Shown piece by piece: positions 14,101 through 26,300 of a DNA stretch of 64,000 nucleotides (its first letter is position 1; each line of letters begins with the position of its first letter). The notes beneath the pieces were generated by a model, which saw only the letters and a list, made by a program, of their open reading frames with translations, did not search any database and was not told the origin of the DNA. Position numbers and translations under genes: made by a program. Source of the stretch: Saccostrea echinata (lineage: Eukaryota); contig NW_026889805.1 in NCBI RefSeq assembly GCF_033153115.1, positions 5,270,001 through 5,334,000 on the forward strand. Direction: 5' to 3'.

Positions 14101-17100
14101 CTCCATAACCTGAATAACTTCAAGAAATGCATCATAATAGTAAACATCATATTTTCACATTGTTCATCACCCAAATGCAGTAAAGGTATCTGTTGGAGAG
14201 AACAAATTTTATCCTGATCATTGCAGAAGCTTGCATATCAAGAACAGGAATTAACATGGTTGAAAAATCACTGATTCATGCTGCTATATGTTCCATTTTT
14301 ATTATTTTCTCCGCATTTTCACATTCAGCAGATGAGCATACATGAGCAAATAAAGCCAAATATGTTTACTTCCAGTATGGAAATCCTTTAAGGACTTGAA
14401 AATATACAGCTGTACCTTAAAGCTGTTATAAAAAAAAAACCCAGGATCTTTATATCAGTAATCTCAGCTAGGTCAGTATTGCAATGGTATTCTTAGGGAA
14501 AATCATTATGATTCAACATCTACAGTCTCGTGTCAAAAGTATTCATAAAAACATGGCGTCGCTCAGGTTGAAATTCGGTAAAACGTTTGTTTTCAACATC
14601 GTTTTCAGAAACAAAAGTAGAGTTATCTCTCTTAATCCATATCTAACTTCACTAGGAGAGACATTTATCACGTGATTAGTTGATGACGTATTTTGTCATC
14701 TGCATTAGTTACTTTCGGACTGTAAACAACCATGGGTAGAAAGGGGAAGGAATTATGTTTGGAAGAGAAACAGTCAATTTTATCACTTAGAAAAGCAAGT
14801 TTGACGCTACAAGAAATATTGGATATTATCGGAAGGCCATTATCAACAGTCCATGTGTTTTTGAATCGTCAGGGAACAACTGGAGATGTTGAAAACAAAC
14901 CAAGAAGTGGCCGACCCAAAAAAATGCAGTGCACAGGATGAACGACAAATTTTTCGGATGGTGAAAATGAATTGCAAGCAAAGTTTAACAGAATTAACGA
15001 ATGTTAGAAGAAATGAAACTGATCCTGGAACTGTCTCAGAAAGCACTGTGAAAAGAATTTTAAATAGAGATGGATACAGAAGGAGACTTGTGTGTGCGCG
15101 AAGTGAATAAAATAAAGTGTGTGAAATGGTGCAAAGAAGCAAAGAAGAGAACTGTGGATGACTACTGGAAAAAAGTAATTTTTACAGATGAATGTAAGGT
15201 TATGATCGATGGCAAACGACGAATATATGTATGGAGAAAAGCCGGAGAGGAATGGGACCCACCTTGTATTGCACCACCCGCTGGGCGATGTTTGGATTTA
15301 ATGATCTTGGGATGCATTACTTACAATGGAGTCGGCACACTTTGTATTGTAGATGGGAACATAAATGCTCAGAAATATATAGAGATAATTGACAATCATC
15401 TTTGGCTGTTGTTGCAGCACATTTTCCATCAAATGATTACCTATTTCAAGATGACAATGCCCCCGTTCATAGGGCCAGGTCTGTGAAGGAATTTATGGAA
15501 CAAGAGAATATTCTGACAATGGAATGGCCTGCTCAAAGCCCCGACTTGAATACAATTGAAAACTGTTGATGAAAACTTAAAAACAGAAACTGTGTAAAAG
15601 GGTACAGAATTTGAGAACCGCAAATGACCTGGAAACAGCCATACAATAGGTATGGGAAAATATCATCCTAACTTCATCCAGGACATTTACAGGAGCATTC
15701 CACGCAGAATCCAAGCAGTAATAAAGGATATGGAGTGTTTAACAAAATATTGAGATAAGGTTAAACTTATAAAATGATGTAGACTGAAGAAAAAACATTG
15801 ATGACCTAGTTTTGATTACATCGCTGCCATTTTGTTTTTTACGAATACTTTTAACATGAGACTGTATTTCTTCAATCAAACTAAATGATGAATAGGTGAA
15901 CCAATCAAAATGATCAACTGTGGCTGCTAATGGTAAATTAGTATGTTATCTTTATACAAAGAAATTTAATGCCATCTGTAACCCCAGCTTACCAAAACCT
16001 TGTCATCAGACATTTCAATAACTTTTCTGCTAATAACAACCAATATCTATGAAAAATTACTTATGATAAAGTATTAAGATATAAAAAAAATAAATGAAAA
16101 AACAAAATCTAATAACAAGTTATATTTCTTCCACCTAACATAACAGTAAAATGTGAAGAACAAAATAGCATATAACATACTAGAACTAACAACATTGCAA
16201 ACTGGTAAGAGAAAGAAGGACCAACTTCATAAACATCTGATAAAACTGTGAATTCAAAGGTTTTCAAAATAAAAAAATGCACTGGGTTACTCTGTAGATA
16301 AACTTGAACAAGAGAAAGCTCAAACTTGAAAATGAAAATGATGAGTATTAGTCAATAATCCATATTGGAAAGAAGCACATATCAGGCATTTTCCATGAGA
16401 TAATACAGTTTTGCATTAATGTACCTTACTCAGGTAAAAACAATCTATGAAAATGAGGAGGATTTAGAGGTCCCTGAAAGTCCAGACATTTTCACTTGGT
16501 GACCAAAGGAGACAAAAGAAACTAAAATATTTCAACAACATTAACATTATCTTTGACAATAGTCACAAAACATACATGATATTCAGGCATTTTGTTTGTA
16601 TTTTTAATTATTTTCCATAATAAGCATAGCAAAGCAGCACAATTCTGATGATTAATTTTAATTTATATGTTTATGACACTTGAATTTCAGTGAAGAAAAA
16701 GGAAAATCTTGAAGAGCAACAACTACACTGCATAAAAAATAGACAGGATCAATTGAAATTCATTACTGTATATGTCTGAACAAATCTTGAAGATTAGCCA
16801 AACCCAATTATTTCCCAAATCTTGAAATACATTGTTTATATTGATGAAGAAAAAACACATCCACTGTCATAAAAGATATCCATTCCTTAGTATAACAACC
16901 ATCCAGGAGGTTTCATATAGGAAAAAAAATCCAGAGATTAGAATTTGCACAAGAATCTTTACAAAATGTTTGTATAAGGAAGCCAAATCAATAGTAAATG
17001 GTGAGGAATATGATAATTACATGATGAAATTCATGCCAAAATACCAGGTACCTTCTGTGGTGTCATTCTTTGTTTTTTGAACCCTCCCTGGTCCCTCTGT

Positions 17101-20100
17101 CCTGAGAACCCTCTCTTTCCCTGTGGTTTCTTTGTATTGATGTCCAGCAGTGAAGGAATGTGACCTGTGCTTCTTGGTTTACCACCAGGACTTCCCATCA
17201 ATCCTGATGGTAAATTCTGGGGGGTTCCAAAAAGGCTTGGTCCTCCAAATCCAGGATTCAATTGATTTCCTTTTCATTGAAAAACAATATTTATCAAATA
17301 ATTTATGACACATTGTTTTAAAAAGAATTTTAACAATCATCTAAACAAACAAACCAAAAAATATGTCAAAAAATGTATGACAACTGAACATCAGAGAAAT
17401 ACATCAGTAAAACACAATGAATATCAAAGGAATAGTAGAATTTAAAATTTTACCATCTTTTATCAAATGCTAACTACAGCCAAAAATAGATGCATCAAGA
17501 ATGCAGTGATTGGGAAGAACATCAAGGTCAATGGTGTCAAAAATTTTAATGGGCTATTTTGAAAATGAATGGGCCATCTACATATTCTGAGGGGCCATTT
17601 TAAGAAATAAGAAAATGACAAATAAATAGGAAATATGCAAGAAAAAATTTTTCTAAATTAACTTAATCTTAATTTTTCACATATGTAGTACAGCACATTT
17701 AAAGGAACCCACATACAATATGATTTACCCGTATTTTTGGATCAATAATGCCAAAGTTTGGATTGAGCAAAATGAGTGAGGTAATGTACAACTATTGTCC
17801 TATAATAAGCTTCATTTAACAGGAAGCAGATTTTGATGAGTTTTAACCAATGAGATTTGTTGTACTAAAATGACTGCATTTAAAACAAAAGTAAAGCGAT
17901 TAAGACAGTTTTCCAACAGACATTGCTAAAATTTGAATGTGCACCTTGGTGCTGCCAGTGGTTGATTTCCTGCTTCATTTTTTCACTTCAATGTGACTAT
18001 GGGGCATGGTGCAAGCCCTTCCCAATCACTGAGAATGATCAGAGAATTGCCTCCAAATTTGACCATTTTACATACAGACAATTTGTATATGTATCCAGGG
18101 GTGTGCAATTAAAAAATTCAAGCACTAACCCATTGGCTAGTGGCAGCAATAGATTTACTAGCCCCAAGTAAAAAGTTCCTAGCCCAAATATTTAGAGGCA
18201 AAAAAAAAGAAAAAAAACTATTGTTATACCTTTAAAAATTTGTTCCTATATAAATCAATACTAATAAAAGTCTAACATTTCCAATATTTTACTGAGCGGG
18301 CATTAAAAAATCGATGTTTGACCGCGGAGTGAGATATTGGACCTGTCGATGAGATGTTGGACTGCTTACGTCACATAGCGGGCGGGGTCAGCTAAATCTC
18401 ATTTGCATTCGTTGGTGTTTGACATACATGTATGTCAAAAAAAAAATAAATAAAAGGTAAAACAAAGCATTTATTGACTGTGTTCTTGGGCAAAATGCGT
18501 TTTGTCGGACCCAAGAACCAAACTGTTTGCCTGAGGGTTTGGTTCTTGGGTCCGACAAAACGCATGTTGCCCTCGAACCCAGTCAATAAATGTATAATAT
18601 TGAAAAAAAAGTTAATTGTTGAAAAAGTCAGGGTACTAAGGTCATTCTTTTTAAAATTAAAGTTTAATTCTCGCTAGTAAAGATTAATCATATATAAATT
18701 AATGATTATGATAGAAAATAAAACAGATTTTGAATCTTCCCTTTTTCTGATCATTGCTCTAAGCTCATCTAAAATGAAGCAAAAATCATTTTGTTTTCAT
18801 CTTAAATCATTAAATACACTGGAAATATATTTTATGTTAATTACACAACACTTATCTTTCAGCTGATTGAGTGATCGTAAATAATATAATGAGATATCTG
18901 CATGTATTTACCATAACAAAGGAATGAAGGAAATTCAGATTAGGAAAAAACGATCGTTTTTTGAAGTCAATAAGTCAGGTATAGTACTGCAAAATGGAAA
19001 AGATTGTGGAGATTTATGGACAATAGGAGCATGCTGCGTGGAAAATTTTCACTGGTTGGGAATTTAATAGCAAAAAAATGAGTGAAAATACCGATTGTGC
19101 TTTTCATGTATTACATGTGTAGTTTTAATTCCTACTAGCCCAAGGGGCTACCTCCCTGCAGAAAACCACTAGCCCGACCCCCAGAATTGGTAGCCCCGGG
19201 CATCGGGCGATGCTTATTGCACACCCCTGGTATCTTGGAAATCCGCCTCTGTACTTGCCTCTTTTATTTTGTTGTTGTAGCAGTAGATTGTTCACCATCT
19301 GTAGCTGTGTATCTCTCAGTACAGCCTCCTGCTGTTTCTGTTGTATCTGTAGATTCAGCAAGTTGGTTTCCATGCCAGCCAAGGGAAGTCCAAGTCCACC
19401 ACTCTGTTGCTGCATACCTTGACCTCCCATATTTGGGGGACTAAAGCCAAGATTTCCAACACCTTGCACATTCCCACCTCTGGCCTGGCTCCCAATCCCA
19501 CCAAATCCACCTAGGAAAATGAAATGTTAAACTTATTAATCAAAACAGCCTGATTTAATATTTTCTCTAACCTTCTGATTCACCACTATGATTATAGTAT
19601 ATAAATTTTCCTGGAAGCTGTACCTTGAACTCGAAGATCAGTATCACCTCCTACAATTGGTCCTGATCCTAGAATGCCTTGAGTTTTAGTCCTAACACTT
19701 TGTCCTAATCCTCCTATTCCTAATCTGTTCAATTGATCTTGTGTAACTCCCCTGCCCCTGTCTTCACCAAAGCTGCCTCCCCCTGACAATCTATCCTGTC
19801 TCCCTCCCTGCATGGAGTTTCTCCCTGAGAAAAAGTCTTCCTCATTCCTGTAATCATGGTCTCCACTTAATCTTCTGTTTCCTCGATTTAAGTTCATGCC
19901 ACCATCCCCATATCGACTACTGCCATTAATCTGTTCTCTAAAAGAATTCCCTCTCAAGTCTGTATCACCAAAATAACCCCCACTATTTCCATCTCCCATT
20001 CTTCCTCCACTGTCTCCCAAATCCCTGGCATATCCTCCTCCATCTCCAATGTAACTTTCCTGGTTACCAAGAAAAGAGCCATCTCCCCCTAGGAATCTGT

Positions 20101-20182
20101 TCTGATCATGGATAGAGAAGTTTGAAGAAGCTGGAGAATTTCCAAGAAGCCCTTGTCCAAAATTTCCTCTTAAGTGATTCAT
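439..20182 (-). CDS. Matrin-3/CIZ1/ZNF638-family nuclear zinc-finger protein (multi-exon, 3' end lies left of the window)
   Basis: Phase-consistent exons on the minus strand: 20182-19624, 19510-19259 (GC donor), 17269-17052, 12642-12522, 12084-11864, 8583-8425, 7865-7794, 7628-7489, 6931-6871, 6562-6500, 2365-2255, 1258-439. The protein has a G/R/N-rich low-complexity N-terminus, an RS-rich segment, a matrin/U1-type finger YCHVCSTECRDAEGFAKHMNGIKH and an acidic LVTLDTVGFEDE motif. It ends PPYSSDVPVG, matching the PYQPNVPVG motif that precedes the C-terminal finger of Matrin-3-family proteins. Confidence 0.8.
700..965 (-). repeat. Coding 81-bp (27-aa) tandem repeat inside the large K/E/S/T-rich exon
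   Basis: GMEFKIPKKS occurs twice 27 aa apart, and PA(R/G/S)KTAD-type motifs recur; the DNA ggaattttgaattccatgcct is repeated with an 81-bp period. Confidence 0.8.
2359..2438 (-). repeat. 3 x 29-bp tandem repeat spanning a splice acceptor
   Basis: tatcactctaaataaagacaaggtaatac-like units start at 2359, 2388 and 2417; on the minus strand each reads ...tcttta(t/a)ttag|agtgata-like across the acceptor. Confidence 0.85.
3119..5123 (-). mobile_element. HINE (non-autonomous Helentron-type element) carrying a ~166-167-bp Cg170-like satellite array
   Basis: One end is aacaagaggcccatgggccacatcgctcacctgag (palindrome plus subTIR). The other is gctcacttgagccttcggctcaggtgagctaaaaa (subTIR/IR hairpin) next to a (caa/cga)n microsatellite. 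About 9 tandem monomers (ccattgtggccccaccctacccccgggggtcat...) lie between; the insertion is in a T-run. Confidence 0.85.
3521..3769. mobile_element. MITE inserted into a satellite monomer, probable 5-bp TSD
   Basis: Degenerate TIRs caaaggcggatccagg / cctgaatacaccactg. Flanks are ccctg / ccccg; removing the insert and one flank restores the monomer ctacccccggggg. Confidence 0.6.
7250..7413. mobile_element. Tc1/mariner-type MITE (TA TSD)
   Basis: ta|cagctaaact...aggtttgactg|ta; a related copy lies in the opposite orientation at 28479-28653. Confidence 0.65.
7915..8126. mobile_element. Tc1/mariner-type MITE (TA TSD)
   Basis: ta|ctgtatatggggttattt ... aatttccctgtatacag|ta. Confidence 0.6.
8894..9792. 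mobile_element. hAT-type MITE with 8-bp TSD
   Basis: TIR tagggctgccacg / cgtggcagcccta; perfect TSD tattgtag at 8886-8893 and 9793-9800. Confidence 0.9.
10153..11668. mobile_element. PIF/Harbinger-type non-autonomous element with 3-bp TSD
   Basis: TIR gggctattccaggaaaa / ttttcctggaatagccc; TSD tga at 10150-10152 and 11669-11671. Confidence 0.85.
10408..10628. mobile_element. Small MITE nested inside the Harbinger-type element
   Basis: Imperfect TIRs gggcctgtcttacaaaagaactta / taagtttttttgtaaaacagttccc; a related fragment lies at ~50840-51048. Confidence 0.6.
14523..15864 (+). mobile_element. Full-length but decayed Tc1 (DD34E) DNA transposon in an intron
   Basis: TIRs cagtctcgtgtcaaaagtattc / gaatacttttaacatgagactg, each flanked by TA; ~1.34 kb. 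Confidence 0.92.
14732..15753 (+). pseudogene. Tc1 transposase pseudogene (several frameshifts and stops)
   Basis: MGRKGKEL...RSGRPKK HTH region, then VIFTDE, FQDDNAPVH and WPAQSPDLNTIE with exactly 34 residues between the second D and the E; split across ORFs 14732-14941, 14886-15110, 15070-15486 and beyond. Confidence 0.9.
18096..19229. mobile_element. hAT-like non-autonomous element with 5-bp TSD
   Basis: TIR caggggtgtgcaat / attgcacacccctg; TSD gtatc at 18091-18095 and 19230-19234. Confidence 0.85.
18468..18592. repeat. 125-bp hairpin, probably the terminus of a nested non-autonomous (Crypton-like?) element
   Basis: catttattgactg...atgcgttttgtcggacccaagaaccaaac, a 13-nt loop, then gtttggttcttgggtccgacaaaacgcat...cagtcaataaatg. 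A perfect 22-bp palindrome lies nearby at 18418-18439. Confidence 0.8.
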
Positions 20183-20889
20183 TTTGTGACGTTCTTTACT
20201 TCAACTTCTAGCAAATTTGGCATTGGTTGCTTTGAATACAAATCTGTAAAATAAGCGGCAATTAATAATCTTCTTGAATCTTTCATGAATATTTACATAA
20301 ATCAGCAGTAGGTCATGTAGAAGTGCTCAAAGTAAGGTATATTACACCTTCTAAAATTTACTGATTGGAAAGTATTCAAATGATTCACTTCTATAATTAA
20401 AATTATGAAAACAGGATACTCAATTTAGTAGAAAAATAGCATCATACAAAATTCCTTGGGGAAAAAATTAAATCCTATTTAGATTGTTCTCTTAATTTTC
20501 AATATTTTAAATGCATGATTGTTCTAAACCAGAGAGTTTACAGAGAGTTGTCATAGTTTCTAATTTACTGTCAGACATTTGGTCTGTCCACACCAGATAA
20601 AGTTTTGTCAGATCAGAAACATGTAACTTTACTTATTTCAAACAGAAAGAAAAAAAGTAACTAGACTAAAATGCCTTTTATCGTTTTCAACGTTTTTTTC
20701 ATCTTAAACTTTTTTCATGAAGAGTAACTTCATAATGAATTTTATTGGCCACAAAGCCATCTCTGTTGCACATGTGACCTTCATCTATGCATCCTTAATC
20801 AAGGCTTTTTTTCTACCAGCTGTGAAATGTACAATACATTGAATTGGCATATCAAAATAGAACAAAATAGCCACTGTATTAGGTATATT

Positions 20890-22396
20890 GCATTCATTCT
20901 TCTATAAAGTATGAGGGTGTCTGATCCATGGTAAATTCACCCTATAAGTATTGGTCCAAACAATTTCTATACAGTACGAGGGTGTGTGATCCATGGTGAA
21001 TTTACTCTATTGGTCCAGACAACATCTATAAATGAGAGGTTGTGTGATTTATGGTAAATTCACTCTATTTGTCTAGACAATTTCTATAAATGAGAGGTTG
21101 TGTGATCCATGGTGAATTCACTCTATTGATCCAGACAATTTCTATAAATAAGAGGTTGTGTGATCCATGGTGAATTCACTCTATTGATCCAGACAATTTC
21201 TATAAATAAGAGGTTGTGTGATCCATGGTGAATTCACTCTATTGGTCCAGACAATTTCTATAAATAAGAGGTTGTGTGATCCTTGGTGAATTCACTCTAT
21301 TGGTCCAGACAATTTCTATAAATAAGAGGTTGTGTGATTCATGGTGAGTTCACTATTCACTCTATTGGCAGGGCTCGACATTAACGCTTGTACGCTTGTC
21401 CGATACCAGTGAAAAAAAAATACGGACAAGTGAATATTGCTGGGCACTTGTTTGATTGGACAAGTGCATTTTTATGTAAATTAGTCTCTAAATATTTAAA
21501 AGAACGACTGTTGAAAGTTTACAGGTACTTTAAGACGGAAACAGAACATAAAAACCGAACTTCGATCCCCATATAGATTGCTATGTTATTGAGTACACTC
21601 GATCGGGATCGAAGTTCACTAATTGCATACTACTGGAAAGGCATGGAACTGACGAAGTTTGGATTCTGTTTTATGTTGACAGCATTTATGTTGTCAGGAC
21701 AGAAAGTCTAGATAAAATTTTGTTTTATGTGTTTGTTGTATTTATAAATAACATCATGCACATGTAATGGACTTTATATTTAGTTTTTCACTTAACAGTA
21801 TTAGATCTTTATTGAAAATTTTTCAGACAAGTGAAGTTGAAGTTCGGACAAGTAAATGTCTTGGTCACTTGTCCGAATGGACAAGTAGGTAAAAAAGTTA
21901 ATGTCGAGCCCTGTATTGGTCCAGACAATTTCTATAAAGTAAGAGGTTGTGTGATCCATGGTGAATTCACTCTATTGATCCAGACAATTTCTATAAAGTA
22001 AAGGTTGTGTGATCCATGGTGAATTCACTCTATTGGTCCAGACAATTTCTATAAATAAGAGGTTGTGTGATTCATGGTGAATTCACTCTATTGGTCCAGA
22101 CAATTTCTATAAAGTAAAGGTTGTGTGATCCATGGTGAATTCACTCTTTTGGTCCAAAGAATTTCTATAAATAAGAGGGTGTGTGATCCACGGTGAATTC
22201 ACTCTATTGGTCCAGACAATTTCTATAAATAAGAGGTTGTGTGATTCATGGTGAATTCACTCTATTGGTCTAGACAATTTCTATAAATAAGAGGTTGTGT
22301 GATCCATGGTGAATTAACTCTATTGGTCCAGACAATTTCTATAATATAAAGTAAGAAGAGGTGTGATCCATGGTGAATTCACTCTATTGGTCCAAA
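20890..22396. repeat. 58-bp minisatellite, ~16 copies, interrupted by a MITE
   Basis: Unit ctattggtccagacaatttctataaataagaggttgtgtgatccatggtgaattcact; period 58 (e.g. 21123 and 21181). Confidence 0.95.
21369..21913. mobile_element. hAT-like MITE with 6-bp TSD inserted in the minisatellite
   Basis: TIR cagggctcgacattaac / gttaatgtcgagccctg; TSD tattgg at 21363-21368 and 21914-21919. Confidence 0.9.
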
Positions 22397-22404
22397 TTTC
22401 TTAC

Positions 22405-22445
22405 CAGCCTTCTGACAGGACTGATAGTTTTTGACAACTCTGTTA
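22405..22445 (-). other. Candidate 41-nt 5'-UTR exon of the Matrin-family gene
   Basis: Minus strand gtatcttcag|taac...ggctg|gtaagaaa. There is a further upstream donor at ~23207 (gacag|gtaaaac) and a downstream acceptor just before 20243. Confidence 0.45.
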
Positions 22446-23199
22446 CTGAAGATACAGTACAACACAAAAATTTACAATAGATCTATGTAATACATATTTT
22501 CCATTTGAAAAAATTATGTATTTTCTTAAATTGCTATGAAACATTCGATTTTAATCACCCATTAGCTAAAAAAAAATATTCTCTCCCTTTCGCATTTTCC
22601 TGCACAGATCAACTTTCACTTTTAACCCCCCCCCCTCCCCTCAGAAAACACAAAGATATATGCATGTTCATAATCTCCATTTTAAAAAAAAATCACACAG
22701 TCATTAACTTCTGCTACAGAAAATAAAATGTTCCAAAGACAAAGAATTGGTCCCTTAATAGTTATTACATTCACAGGTTAGTAGTGGTGGTGATAACCTG
22801 CTAGACACCCTCCAAACATTGCATTGTACCTGTTTATTCAAATGTCAAATCCCCCCATATATTACCTTTACCAACAGTTGTTCAAAAAGAACAATGATAA
22901 ATCTGCAGAAAAATGCCTCTTGACTAAAAAATTGCTTGTAATTTGCAGAAGAATTATGAAGAAAATGGCACCATATCAAAAATGTTGGAGCGCAGTTATT
23001 CGCACTGTTTTTATTCGGTTGACTGCATTTTATTGTATTTTAGACAAAGGCTTTGATTGCTTAATTTTTTTTTTAAACAGAAACAAATTCCCTAAGACAT
23101 AATGAAAGATAATACAATTAACGTTTAGACTTAAAAATTACATTTGTCCTTTTAAGAAATAACATTTTGTCCGAATATTATATGTATGAAATAATTAAA

Positions 23200-23315
23200 A
23201 GTTTTACCTGTCGACCGGAAATTGGTTTAGCCAATGGAAATAACAATTGACCATTTACTATGATTTAGACCAATTTGTACAGGTGAGCTGATGTCAGCAA
23301 GGTAATAAAATCAAA
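23200..23315. promoter_or_regulatory. Compact bidirectional promoter region (Matrin-family gene / SAPCD2)
   Basis: A minus-strand donor at ~23207 lies ~110 bp from the SAPCD2 ATG; an ETS-like ccggaa (23215) and CCAAT boxes on both strands (~23221, 23231, 23270) lie between. Confidence 0.5.
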
Positions 23316-26300
23316 ATGACGAGCGTCACTGCATGGAATAGCATTGAGGGGCTCCCTAAGCAGTTTATTTCCTCCCTGAAAGTGCTATTCGATATTCTTG
23401 ATGAAAGGAACTGTGGCTACGTGAAGTTTTCTGACATTGAAGCACGATGGCATGAAGAAGGGGTAAGGGGACTTCCAAGCGGAGTAACTGAAGCTTTGAG
23501 AAAAGTTACTCCAGCGAATGGATACCTCAGTTTTGATAGATTTGTAGCAGGTTTAAAATTGGCATTATTGACCAGCCAGAAGAAACCCAAAGATCTCAGA
23601 GATGATAAAGAAAATAGCCAGCCTGTCAAAGACTTGCAGTTAAAACATGCAAGCAAACCAGTTGCTGCCCCAAGAGATGCAATACTGACAAGGTCATCAT
23701 CCAATCATGCTCTAAACAGAATGCCCTCTGGTGCAACAAACACAGCAGCAGTGCGACCAAACAATGCCATCTCAAGTCATAGTAAAGAGAGAAACGGTTT
23801 CGAACAGAAGGCATACAAAAGGACAGAGTATGACAAAACAAGAGAAAGTAAATCAAATCAGACACCAAGTCATTTACCACCTAAAAAGCCAATTCCTCCT
23901 CCAAGACCTCAAAGAACCACTCATTCATCTGTGAATAGTGATGGACAAATTCCTCCAAAGGTTCCCCCCAGAGATAGAAGCAAGAATATCATCATGGAAC
24001 TGAAGAATTGGCAGAGGAGAATGAACCATCAAGCCAACGATCAAAGCCAGGCTACAAAAAGCCTACAGTCCACAAAGAGTGATTCCAATCTGTTGGACAG
24101 AGGGGAAAGAGGGAGGCAGAACAATACCTATGGTAAATTTTGTATATAAATTTTGTAAATTATTCAGTCACATTACATTATTCCATTAATGTAATCGGCA
24201 CCTAATTTGCAAGTCTCGTCATCCATCACTTACAAAGACTTGGCATTATAAAATACAAAGGTACCAATATACGATACAACAACTATAATGTAAAAAAAAA
24301 CAAAAAAAAACGCAAGTGATGCAAGACGAGACTTGCAAATAAGGTGCCCTATATACGCCTACAACACTTCATCAGTAAGCAAGTGCCTTATGCATGTACA
24401 GATATAAAGTACAACATGTACATGCATAAGACCTGTTTCACCAGGGGCAAGACTGTTTTATGTGAGGATTATAGACATTATATATGCCATGATCTCATCA
24501 GTGTATGCAGTGCTAGTCTAATTATCCTTTTAGAACTAAGTTTTTGTAGTGTATGATAATGTCAACACAGTGTTATATGGTGTTCTGTTCATTAGGGCCC
24601 TGCCTATATTGATCAGTCTGTCCATCCATTTGTCCATACGATATCACTTGTCCGAATTATATTTTCTCTCTCCTCACTCACCTGCCCAGTCTTGCTCATA
24701 CTTAAAGATGATTGGTCCACAAGTGTTAAGTATTTTTTACCTAGGATATTATCATCTAAAGATTTGATCTTACATCTTTAACCCTTAGAGTGCTTGGCAT
24801 GGGTAGAGAGTGTGCAGTGACTTTGAACCAAGTTTCCACATGAGAAAAAAAAAGCTCTGTATAGAACCCTTGTCCAGAGCATACTTTCTTATTACCTATA
24901 GCCAAATCTTGCTCTTACTTCATCCTGTTGATAGAGGGTGTGGAGTAACCTTGAACCATTTTTCTAGGTTAAAGGTCAAGGTCATAGCAAATATCTGTGT
25001 GAAATCCTTGTCTTGAAATAATTTCTTTCCCCTTGGCCCTCTCTGGCTCATGCGTACCGGTAATCTATATAGTGTCCTTTTCTAAGGGTATGCAATGATC
25101 TTGAACCAAGTTTTTAGGTCAGAGATCAAGGTGAAAGCAGATTTGTGTGATGACACAGTGATGTAAGAATGTGACATTAAGTTTTATGAGTACTAGTCCA
25201 GTCGGGCTACTTTCCAGGATTTTCACTAGACCAGCACCTGACCATAAAACCACTGGACCTGACCAAACTTGCATATTTACTTCTTATATTTTCACTAAGA
25301 CCTTGTTTCCCACTCAAGATTAACTACTGTGTCTTTTGATAGACTGTTTCACCAATGGAAATTAAAAAAAATTAAGGCCATGGCTAAAAATAGTGACTGT
25401 GTCATGCAGGGAAATTTTCCTTTACATAGCGATGGTTGAGTGTTTACAATTGACAAGTGATAAAATCACAGTTTTTAGAATGTTTAGTTTAAAGACTAAA
25501 ATAATGGTTTAGTACATTTATTTTATCCAAAAGACTAATAGGCCTTGTTCACATATATATTACATAACCAGACCACTCATTTTGTTGACTGGGTCAGTTG
25601 GACAGGCTTATTTATCAAACCCTGGTTGAAATCATTTCCCCCCAGGCCTGTTCAGTAGATCATACTTCACCTATTGTGAGTTAGTGACCTTAAAGAAATT
25701 TTCTTGATCAAATGTCAAGGTAAAACAAATCTCCATATAATATGCTTCTCCACAGCTCAATTCTTTTGGTCTTATCAGAATCATACTTCACCCATAGAGT
25801 GCCTTTAGATAAGGGATGTGCAATGACCTTTAACCATATCTATAGATCAGAGGTCAAGGTCATAGCAAATCTTATGTAAAATCTTTGTCCAGAGCATAAT
25901 TTTTCTCCTCTTGTCCCCATCTGGCTAAATTTAAATACCTTATACTCATAGTGTGGCCATGAGTAAAGTTGTAAGTCCTAATGTTTATTTGCTATTACCT
26001 GTGTATATGCTAATAAATAATAGGGTCGGTATAGGTAGGATTTTGCTTTTATTATGCCTCCGCCATGAAATGACTGAAGCATATAGTGTAACCCCTTTCT
26101 GTCTCTCCATGGCTAGGATAAGGCTGTTCGTAAAATATCAAACTGTTCCAACTGTAGTAACTTCTCTGAACTACCTAGATATGATGCCATAATAGCATAT
26201 GAAGTCAAGTCATTGCATACTTAAGCTGACATGACGGGGAAAGTGTCATAACTTTTACATCCCTTTCACATGCCATGTAACTAAATATTTTTTAGCGTTG

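Noticed and set aside
13640-14189. Extra exons of the Matrin-family gene (acceptor-like sites before 14189 and 13768)
   Set aside because: The flanking exons 17052 and 12642 already join in phase, and these candidates lead to stops or lack good donors; they could be poison or terminal exons but cannot be supported without RNA data.
20890-22396. CRISPR-like appearance of regular repeats with internal palindromes (also 28881-29543 and 55981-56206)
   Set aside because: The units are head-to-tail with no unique spacers, there are no cas genes, and the context is eukaryotic.
24570-26110. Further HINE/pearl-like and MITE fragments in SAPCD2 intron 1
   Set aside because: Repeat-derived motifs (tgaccttga, aaggtcaaggtca) are visible, but boundaries are too decayed to annotate reliably.
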